64,000 bases of DNA from Takakia lepidozioides (taxonomy: Eukaryota; Plantae; Bryophyta): the NCBI GenBank assembly GCA_030704615.1, contig CM060732.1, positions 74,338,001-74,402,000 of the forward strand. Reading direction: 5' to 3'. The notes below the pieces were generated by a model, which was not told the DNA's origin, ran no database searches, and worked only from the letters and a program-made list of their open reading frames with translations. How positions within the stretch are numbered: the first letter of the stretch is position 1; every line of letters begins with the position of its first letter. The position numbers were made by a program, and so were the translations under genes. Positions 14,601-24,070 of this stretch are shown here, one piece after another.

Positions 14601-15786
14601 TCACAGACGACCGGGTTCATTTAAAGTACCCTTCTGTTTTTTGTCTCTTTGCAACTGTTCAATCATAGCAGGTAAGTCAGATTGGTAAGGGCACCACCTG
14701 GTGTAATGCTTGGTGGACTTGCAGATCATGCATGTCACCACTGAAGTCCTGGCTTCATGACGAATGCCAGCATTGGTCTTACCAGATTTGGCAGTGACTG
14801 TAGAGTTCCAGCCTACCTCAGCTTTGAAGGCTTGAAGTTCTCCCTGAATTTCATTACGAAAAGATGACAACTCATGCACAATGGAAGAGACCAGATCTTC
14901 TGCAATACCTTTCACCCCAAGGTCCCCATCAGTATGCTCTACACAGTGATCCTCACTAGCCAGATGAGTGTGTTTTGTGTTGGCAACTTTAGATAGACCT
15001 GCCTTGGCAGCTTTGAGACGTAGCCTTTCTTCAATCAATTCCACCATCTCATCTTTGGTGGTGTAAGTCTGTTTTTGCATAAACACTTTCTCAGCAGGGG
15101 GCAAGCCCTTTACAAAACAATGTTTCAAAATAGCAGGTCTCTCTGAGGCAATCAAAACTGACTTACAGATTGCAGTTCGCAAGTTAGTGTAGTATTTCCA
15201 CACACTGTCGCCATAATGAAACTTTAAGTCTGGTGTGGTGTAAGCTATGGGCTTTTCTTCACGAAAGAGCTTGCGAGCCAATTCTCTGGCTTCTACCCAA
15301 GTAAGATCATTTTTGTCCTTAATATTGGACTCAAACAGTTGCCCGGCCTCTCCCTTGAGACAGATCCAAAAAGTCTTGACTTGGAACTGTGGGGGAACTC
15401 CATTCATTCAGTGCTGATTTCAAAAAGTTCCAAGAAGGACTCAAAATCCTCCCCTAAGTTGTACTCAAGATATTGTTGCTTATGCATTCGCTCCCCATGA
15501 TCAGTTTTTCGTAGAGTAGTATTCGGAACTTCAGTTTGTTTCAACAACATCTTCATAAGCGGGGGGCAATTTGAAATCACCCCCATGGCTTCACCTAGCT
15601 CATCCAAATCAAATGTGGGTTGAGGCACAGTTGTCGGATCCTTGTGATCTCCGGACGACTCTCCCCTTTCCATATTATTTCTTTCATTAGTTGTTCTCTC
15701 TCCTCCGCTGCATGTTTTTCCAACTCACTTAGTCCCATCGCCTCTTTTGCTTCCCTCTCTAGCATAGATCTTGTAAATACAGGCAT
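14601..15786 (-). pseudogene. gag: Gypsy gag (frameshifted)
   Basis: Starts MPVFTRS; pieces at 15595-15786, 15404-15673 and 14601-15407; C-terminal CCHC knuckle. Confidence 0.8.
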
Positions 15787-16724
15787 GAGAAGAGGAGTAC
15801 ACGGCTACCTGTCCGAAGGGGCACTGAGCTTCGAATCCCACCCAGACACACAGTGGGATGTGATGAAGCGATGCTTGTGCAGCAGGATACTCCTTCCCCC
15901 AAGAAAGCCCACAATTCCTCTTCACTCTTGAGCCAAAAAGTCACGCGCACGCTACTGCGTACCACCTTTTCCTTCACCAACAGCGTATGGGCAGGATACG
16001 CCTTGGCTTCTTCGGCCTTGTAGAGACTTACTGTTTCACGCCGAAAACACACCCCCGGAAAGATCAACACGTCACTGGGACAAAAAGGGAACTCAGAGTC
16101 GGGAATACCAGTAATGAGCTCTTTCCAAGTGGGATCCCGGGTAGGGGTTGGCGGGACTCGAGGCCTTAAATTAGCAAGCAGGATAGATGTACCTCATTTA
16201 ACCAGTTCCCACAAACGTAGAGGGCTCGGCTTGTTAGGAGGCAGGAAGCTCTCAAGCTCCACACCCAATTCTCGACTCACAGAGAATTGTGGAATGCCCA
16301 AGACAGCCCAACTAAGTTTCTCACCACTCTCCAACTGCTCCTTGGCACTAGCAAGGGGAATTTGTAGAGTGACTTCCTTGGATTGAAGCTTGAGGAGAAG
16401 GCGTGCGGCATAGGCTCCCTGAAGTGACTCGCAAATGCGCCTACTCTGCTCCCTCTGCTCCGCTTTGGTGTGTATGGGTTTGCAAGCCTCTTTGCGTGCA
16501 GTTTCCTCAAAGGTCTTGGCCCAGAACTCCAAGGGCATGTCCAGCAGGAGCTCAGGCCGTGGAATAGGTTCTCCCTCCGGGTAATCGACAAACACCAGCT
16601 GCTCAGGTAACAGGTTGCGTGCAAGCTCACAAATGTAGCGAGATTCCAACGCTTGAGTCTATTTCAAGCGCGGGACCTCAAATTGATCGAGCTCAAACCA
16701 ACCACGCTCAGAACTGGAAGCCAT
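15759..16724 (-). pseudogene. Extra ORF (~321 aa, unknown function) upstream of gag, with two in-frame stops
   Basis: ATG at 16724 in ACCATGG context. The same frame continues through a TAG (~16660), ORF 16194-16649, a TGA at 16194-16196 and ORF 15759-16070, and it overlaps the gag ATG at 15786. Confidence 0.65.
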
Positions 16725-16769
16725 GGTGCTCACTTGCGAAACTCTCAAAACACAGAAAAGATCGAGCAG

Positions 16770-16774
<5 letters not shown>

Positions 16775-16810
<36 letters not shown>
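16775..16810. repeat. (CT)n microsatellite in the Gypsy 5' leader
   Basis: Direct reading. Confidence 0.9.
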
Positions 16811-16812
<2 letters not shown>

Positions 16813-16937
16813 GCACGACAAACAAGCCGCCATTTTGCCACTACCTCTCCCCTCAATCATGCAGGATCCCCCGTACACAATCTACTGTTATCAGGTGTTT
16901 CGTATGAGCCAAATTCTCTGTTAACAATTTTTATCTA

Positions 16938-16953
16938 CCCGACATCTCCACCA
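16938..16953 (-). promoter_or_regulatory. Primer-binding site, tRNA-Ala-like
   Basis: The minus strand reads ...GGAATCA|TGGTGGAGATGTCGGG. TGGTGGAGATG is complementary to the plant tRNA-Ala 3' end ...CATCTCCACCA. Confidence 0.7.
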
Positions 16954-17273
16954 TGATTCCGGCGCTATGGGTTTATTCCCCTTCCTCTACCGGACTTAAT
17001 CCTATCTGGGGAATGTAGTCGATAGATGGGCCTGGCAGAGAAGACGGAATCTCACGAAAGGACGCAACTGAGACTTCCAAAGCAGATTTATCCACACACT
17101 CAAGCACACCGTTACACCCAGCGTACACTCGTGTAAGACCCAAAAGCCACCACCCTCATTGCCACGACAGTGAGGCTTAAATAATATTAGGTCATAATCT
17201 AATCCTAGTGCCGCGTGGCACTTACATATAGGCCCCACCAGATGCCCTTCCAGCATAGCTATAGAAATAAGCA
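16954..17273 (-). repeat. 5' LTR copy of the Gypsy element (core probably 16954-17226)
   Basis: Direct repeat of 9559-9877, followed immediately on the minus strand by a TGG-starting PBS. Confidence 0.85.
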
Positions 17274-17279
17274 TTGGGG

Positions 17280-17710
17280 TATGCAGGGAGCAAAAACTAC
17301 CGCACAGACAGTGGGCCAAACTATACAGTTATCCTGGGAAGCCATGGGAATCGACGGCTGAAGTTGTTGGTAGATGGCCAGACAGTGGTTGATGTAGCAG
17401 GCATTGTACTCTGCCCATCCAACTTTGAGCGTTATTGGGTATGTATTTTGGATGGGACAATTACCGTTTGTAAGGGTGAGCCAGGCAAGGGGATTGTCTA
17501 CGAGTGGGCAGATACTAATCCCAATTGCAAAGTGCAGTATGTGGGTCTTAGTAGCTGGGACAAGCATGTAGGATATCGCAATATCTGTGTACGCCCACCA
17601 GCGCAAAGCTTTGGGATGCCATCGAACGTGGAGGATCATGGGGTGGGGGGTGGTTTATCACAGTACTTGGAGTCTATGGAGTTTTCAGATGTACAATTTA
17701 TGGTGGGGCC
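17280..17710 (+). pseudogene. Fragment of a BTB/POZ protein gene (At2g30600-like, farnesoic acid O-methyltransferase-like domain)
   Basis: PNYTVILGSHGNRRLK..YWVCILDGTITVCKG..NPNCKVQYVGLSSWDKHVGYRNI, then the start of the BTB domain (FSDVQFMVG). No ATG; truncated at both ends. Confidence 0.8.
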
Positions 17711-17884
17711 TGCAATCCCCCAGGTGGGCGAGGAGGTCAGCCTCCTCATTGCCATTAATGCCCGTATGTGATCGAACTTTGAGAAATTGAATGGGTTTGT
17801 TTATGGAGATAGCAAGGTTGACAATAGCCGTTATAAGGTTCCTATCAGGGTGATGGTGGTGGGGGAAATGACTGGCAAAGTGGT

Positions 17885-18797
17885 TACGGAGTAGGAATGA
17901 TGCCCTGCGCCATCAGCGAAAACACACATTCTGGCCTATCGCGTACCCATCCCCTCACTGTCCACTCTGCTCCCACATCCACGCGACACGCGACAAATGG
18001 CCCCATCTTCTCAGGGAATGCCCCCACCCCGTTATTCACCAGCTCCGTATCGCCCGACATAACCATGCGGTATGACGTATTCATAAACTACTGCTACGGC
18101 GTAAGGAAACCAGATGGTTTTTGCTCATTAATGCGGGTACCTACCAAGGTCGCCCTGCAGATCGTACGGTACCAACATGGCTACTCCCGTGTATTTGCCA
18201 ACCCCACGCATTGTGCACTTGCCTAGCCAGGCTCTGCCCAGACATCCTACTAGTCCAGGGACTTCCCATAAACGCCCCCCCACCACTACCCCATCCCCAG
18301 CCATCACCATACACTTCATAGAATTTACATACTGCCATGACCGCTTCCCCAGTTCCTCCACCCTCGAAAAATGCCATAAATATGCACCACTTATCCTTGC
18401 TATCCGCCGACAGGGTTGGGCCACTGGGCCACTTACCGTCATCACTGCCGGCACCATAGGGGACATCCATAATGTCAGCATCTCTGCACTTCAAAATAAT
18501 TTGAAACTCCCCATCACTTCTATCTATAAATGCTTTAAAGCCATACACCTCACGACGCTTCGCTCTCTCACCGCTATCATCACCAATAAGCGACAGCTCG
18601 AATCTAATCCACCTTTGGTACCCCCGGGTACCAGGTACCCCAGGTACTGTAGGTACCACCTCCCCTTGGTTACCCGGTGTCCCCTGGATACCTGTTTTCT
18701 CTTTAGGGCCCACCCTCAAAAGGGGGCAGTAGCCGCGAGGTGAAGTGGCTCTTAGTTACGCCGGCTTCGGCCGGAGTCTTCTCTCTTCTCTCTTTTA
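17885..18797 (+). mobile_element. 3' fragment of a non-LTR retrotransposon with a restriction-like endonuclease (RandI/Dualen-like)
   Basis: Frameshifted pieces read CPLCSH..HLLREC..RHNHAV, TVPTWLLPC, LCPDILLVQG and IHFIEFTYCHDRF..KCHKY, i.e. CCHC + RHN + PD-(D/E)xK. Ends in a hairpin and a CT-rich tail. Confidence 0.8.
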
Positions 18798-18799
18798 GG

Positions 18800-20640
18800 G
18801 CTTCAGCAAATGCAAAAGTTTAATCTAGTGGATGGAATGGACGCTAGGCCATGTGAAGCTAATCTACAGCCTGCAGGCTGCAAATGTTGCTTGCTTGGCA
18901 AACAAAATAGAATTCCTTTTACAAGTGGTGAAGCAGACAAAGCTTCTAGAAGCCCTTAGAGTTGGTGCACTCCGATATATGTTTACCCATGAAGAACAAC
19001 TTTAATTTGGTAGGTTGTAAGTATTTCGTCACCTTCATTGATGATTGCAATAGGAAGGTATGGTGCTACTTTCTGAAGCAAAACAATGAGGTGCTAAATA
19101 AGTTCAAAGAGTTCAAGGTGGGAATAGAAACCTCAAGTGAGTGCAAGCTCAAGCATCTTAGGAGTGATAATGGAAGAGAATATATTTCGGGTATTTTTCG
19201 TCAATACTGTAAGCAAGAGGGAATTCATCAATAGTTCACTGCACCATATACCCCTCAACAAGATGGGGTTGCTGAGAGGATGAATATAACTTTGATTGAA
19301 AGTGTTAGGTATATCCTACATCATGAGGGTCTTGGATACATGTTTTGGGGCGTAGAAGTAATTGCAACAGCTGCTTACATCATGAATAGATGCCCCAACA
19401 AGGCTGTAAATAGGGGCAACACCAGAGGAAGCATGATCAGGAAGAAAACCATCAGTTAAGCATCTGCAAGGCTTTGGAAGTGTAGCTTATGTGCACAAGC
19501 CTAAAGAAACTAGGTCCAAGCTTGAGCCAAAAAGTGCAAGATGCATTTTTGTTGGGTACTCAGGGGATGGCAAAAACTTCAGGCTATGGGATCCTGAGAT
19601 GAGAAGGATGGTGACCAGCCGGGATGTGGTGGTATTTTTGGAGAAAAGCTACATAAGTATCAGAGACTGATGAATAGAAACAAGCCTTGAAAAGGAGCTG
19701 CGAATAGAGATATGGAATCCTTTGGAAGCACGAGAGCCAATGAGAGAAGTGGAGCCTTACCATCCATTGAACCTATGTGGCAAAGTTTCAGCCAAGAAGA
19801 GGTGAGCAAATTTGAAAACCCACAATAATCTAGTTTGTAGGAAACTTTGCTGAGGATGAAATGGCCAACATTTTGGAAATGGAGGAGCGAGCCCAAGAAT
19901 CTTAAGAAAGCAAGAATAGGAGACCACGCCAAAGAGTGGGAAGCGTCAATGAGGGATGAGTTGAAGTCTCTGAAGGAGAACAAGACTTGAAGATCAATGG
20001 CTACCAGCTTACCACCTAGAAGACAAGCCATTGGTTGTAAATGGGTAAAGTGGGTCTTCCGCATCAAGTGGAATGCTGGAGGAGAAGTGAAGAGGTACAA
20101 AGCTAAATTAGTGCTAAGGGGTATGCTCAAATGTAAGGCATCACTTGATTTTAATGGAACGTTTGCTCCTATGGCTAATTAAGTTTGTTTCCATTCGCAC
20201 GTTGTTGACTCTTGGAGCAATCCATGATTTGAAAATAGTACATCAAATGGATGTAAAGACTGCATTTCTTAATGATGAGCTCGAAGAAGAAATTAACATG
20301 TAATTTCTAGACGGGTTGCAAGTGAAGGAAAATGAGCAAACAAGTCTCTCTATGAGTTGAAGCAGACACCACGAGCTTAGTTTCAGAGGTTTGATAATTT
20401 CCTAACAAAACATGGATTCCAACGATGTGATTTTGATCATAACATCTATGTTTTAGGAAATGGAGAGAGAATTTTGATCTTGGCAGTGTACGTGGATGAC
20501 CGAATCTTGCTTTGCAAAACCTTGGACAAGATAAATGAAATTCAAGATCTTGTCTTCTAAGTTTCAAATGATAGACCTTAGGGAAGCAAAGTACCTACTA
20601 GACATTCAGATCATAAGGGATAGAGCGCAGGGAATATGTG
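18800..20640 (+). mobile_element. Decayed Ty1/Copia pol (pre-integrase, integrase, RT)
   Basis: VHSDIC..YFVTFIDD..LRSDNGREY, AIGCKWV..RYKAKLV, HQMDVKTAFLN and YVDD. INT precedes RT; many stops. Confidence 0.9.
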
Positions 20641-20645
20641 AGTTA

Positions 20646-20928
20646 GAGCATGCCCAACAGGCACACTATCTGGCGCGCTATCATCAAAATAGCGCGGCCG
20701 CCGAGATCGTGCATCCCCATCAGCACTTCTCACAAATTTCGATGAGTGGCGGGGTAGGTGGTGGGGCCCACGGTCACCTCAGCCTGCGCCATTACTCCCC
20801 TTCGATAAGAGTGCGTTGCTGCTAGGGCTCTTGCCAGCTGACGTGCTATCTAGGTTGCCTACCTCACCATACGCCTTGCGAGCATAGCGATAACGCGGCA
20901 GTTTAGTGAGCCTCTGCTGGGCATGCTC
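20646..20928. mobile_element. Tourist-like (PIF/Harbinger) MITE
   Basis: TIRs GAGCATGCCCAACAG / CTGCTGGGCATGCTC, TTA target-site duplication at 20643-20645 and 20929-20931, 283 bp. Confidence 0.85.
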
Positions 20929-20948
20929 TTAGAGTCTCAGAACTCGGT

Positions 20949-21307
20949 TGTAACGCTAATCAAGATTCCCATACCCTAGCTATCAGGGCTATGGAATCTT
21001 GATTCGCGTAAAGCCCTCGTTGCAGGACTTTACCTAATACGTAAAAATCCGAGGAATTTTTCTCTTTGTATTTTCAAGGAGGTTATATAACACAATATTA
21101 CAATGCAATCCCCCAGATTGGGGATGGGTATCCGAGCAGGTATTTTTGGTGTAACCTGCCATCAGCCGTCGATCTAAATAAGTCTGGGCTATTGAATTTC
21201 TCCAGTTTTTTTACACAAGAAGCATTTTCCTTTGTGGTTTTGGGCCCTTTCACCCGGGTGTTCCAGATTTCTTCATAAAGCTAGGCTATATGAGCTACGT
21301 GGTGTCA
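20949..21307. repeat. Possible solo LTR remnant
   Basis: Begins TGTAACG and ends GGTGTCA, with an internal inverted repeat at 20958-21004. No TSD or PBS found. Confidence 0.2.
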
Positions 21308-22199
21308 TATCCTTGAAGAATTAATTCAAAAATTGTCAATTACTATTGTTCATGGAGCTTTAGAAAGTGATTTAAATCGTTGTTTATGAAATATTTGATC
21401 TCGAATAATTTTAAAAAAAAAACAATTCTATGGGTGATTGGTTTATTTATTTTTCATATCCCTCTCCTACTATTCTGTTTTTTGATGATAGACACACCAC
21501 CAAGAGTGGACTTCCAACCTATTGTTTTAAAAACAGTTGAAGTATTGCACTTTCAAGGACGAACGCTCACTGCTCTACCACACCCACGACTGTAAATAAA
21601 TCCCAATAAGACGAAAACTCTTCCGATTTCTGGCCTAAGTTTTTGTCATAAGAATATGCATGCAATATCCGAGGTCTCCAAAGTTTGAATCACATCTAAA
21701 ATCATCAACAAACAAAACTGAAAAAATCATCACTAGAAGAAAACTCAAAGAAGTAAGAAGCACAAGTGAAAGAAATCACAAAGTTATAGCAATTACAAAT
21801 ATGTTGTGACAAATGGACGTGACACAAATGTGCACAATATTGCTTTGGTTGTTCACTCTCCCATATTATCTTCTCTATCCTTCTAAAATTGTCAAGGTAA
21901 TGCCTCAATTTCAATTTCAAATGCTAAGTCTCTTTTATCTTTGCAATTTGACACATCCATAAAACCTTCTATGCAAACACAACAATGACCCTTTTAAAAA
22001 AAAAATAGACAACAAAATGATAATAACTCAAAAACCAACAATGGAACACCAAAGCCATCATGTTTTCAATGGCTACCGGCTTTGAATGTATGTTGAACTT
22101 AAATGGTTGAGAATTTGTCATCAATTGCGCATATGTTTTGATATCATTATGCAGCTTTGAATCTCATTTTCTTCTCATTTGCGATGATGAGATTCAGTG

Positions 22200-23038
22200 C
22201 AACCAATATATAGATGTGTTTTTCTGGGCCCAAGTGTCCAGTGTCATCTAAGTCCAAGTGCATCAATGTATGAAGAAAGCCATATCCAATCAGTTTTTTT
22301 CTACAGAGATTTGAATCGGAGACCTTTCCCTTTATATCTCCAAGTGCTATCCTTATATATCCAAGTGTGGATCTCCTATGTCGAGGCTCAAATGCGACCT
22401 CTAGGGTAGCTTGTGCTGTTGGCCCAAATGCCCAGTGTCATCTAAGCCCAAGTGTAAGCCCAAGTGCAAGATCTCATATCTATCCTAGTGCATCTCCTAA
22501 GTGATGCCCAAGTGCAACCTCTAGGGTAGCCTGTGCCCGTTGGCCCAAGCGTCCCCTGTCATCTAAGTCATCTAAGTCTAATGATTTAGCCCTATCTAAT
22601 CATTTTTTTTTCCACATAGCCTCCCCCTTGTTTTCTCTCCCGAGGCTCCAACCATTCTCCCCCACTTTGCTATTTTTCCCAAATTTCCAACGGCCCAATG
22701 TCATCTAAGTAAGTTTTTTTTTCCACAGAGCCTACGACCAGATTTGAACCGGAGACCTTTCCCTTGATATCTCCCCCCTCGAGACTCCCAGGAATGTCCA
22801 CTTTGCCATTTTTGCTATTTTTTGTGAATTTCCAGCAACCAAAAGCACTTGAAATTCCGCATCTCCCTCACCGCTGGTCCAAAAATCATGAGACCAAGCC
22901 GGTGCACCCCTCCTCCCTGGGGGCTTTCCAACGCCACCAAGCACCTGCGCTGCACTGGGCCCGCGGTTTGGGAGATCTCAACGACACTACAAAACAAAAC
23001 GCTACAAAACAAAACAAACGTCTCGATTCATATATTGA
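22200..23038 (-). mobile_element. Putative non-autonomous Helitron-like repeat with an internal CCCAAGTG/GTCATCTAAG minisatellite
   Basis: The minus strand begins A|TCAATATATGAATCGAGACG followed by a (TTTTG)n tract, with degenerate tandem units at 22225-22710. No 3' CTRR/hairpin end was identified. Confidence 0.3.
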
Positions 23039-24070
23039 TATGAATATATGTACAAAGGTTTTTATGTTTCAACATGGTCCTGGATCAGGTCTTGAACTTG
23101 AACTACTACTAGATGGGGTGACAAGGCCCAAATTGGGGGCACTCAGCTACTTGGAAATGAAACAGGTGACATTTGATCTAGAAAATCCCGGAGAAAAAAT
23201 TAGCAGAATCCTCAGATTAAACAAACTTGGTGGGGATTCCATCACATTTAGGATAGTCATAGTGGCTCACGACACAACTTGCAGCAGATTACATTTCTGC
23301 ATATCCGGAATGGATTTCTTTCAGGTGAGTCTTGATAGATATTCTTACCCAATTCCGTGTCTCTTCCTATCAGCCTCATTTGCAAAAGTTTTATGAGTAC
23401 ATTCTCTCTATCACAATGGATTTCCTTTGTAGATATTCACACCCCATTCTAAGTCTCTTACTTTCTCCTCATTTGCAAATGTCTTATGAGTTCATTCTCT
23501 CCCCAAATGAAATCGACAAACTTCCTGCTGTGAAGTAACATTCCACAGCTAGATCAAGTCATGCTCCTGTGATTACTTGTTCAAGAATCATAGGGGAGTG
23601 GCCATGAGACAGAGAGATTCAAGAGTATAACATGGAGAGTGATAGAACTGAAGTATCACATTTGAGAGCGAGAGAAACATGAGCATCCTAGGACCACTTT
23701 ACCGGAAAGTGTCTATTAATGGGCCAATCCCGTTCTGCTCTGAGCTGTGCAACACCTGTTTGCTATGCCTCAGACACATTCCATGTGCATTAGTTTCATC
23801 TACCCTCTGGAATGTGAGCCATTCCCAAATCAGAAGGCTGAAGAATCCCCCACTCCACAATATATACGTTGATGCTGACTGAGTCTTGGGAGCACTTAGG
23901 AAAGCTTCATTGACACAGGATGTTCTCCCTATTGCTACACAATACTTCTACAACCCGGCTGTCTTAGCAGTCAACAGTATTCAATGTTGACATGGGCAGA
24001 TCCCTCAAGCTAGCTGTCATAAAAACTTGTTCAATTCCGACACTACACCACAGAGCTTGGTTACTGAGCC

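Larger units (their letters stand above)
9559..17273 (-). mobile_element. Decayed Ty3/Gypsy LTR retrotransposon, no chromodomain seen: eORF-gag-PR-dUTPase-like-RT-RNaseH-INT
   Basis: Direct repeats at 9559-9877 and 16954-17273. Gag zinc knuckle CMICKSTKHYTRWC; protease CVIDTGC; RT LDLASGFWQV..MPFGL..YIDD; RNase H TDASD..ADALTR; integrase HHCC + DDE + GPY. Gypsy domain order, with many stops and frameshifts. Confidence 0.95.

Noticed and set aside
22225-22710. Repeat units that could suggest a CRISPR-like array
   Set aside because: Degenerate minisatellite without unique constant-length spacers; eukaryotic context and no cas genes.
22764-23396. 210-aa plus-strand ORF
   Set aside because: Spans a repeat/flank junction and a microsatellite; no domain signal.
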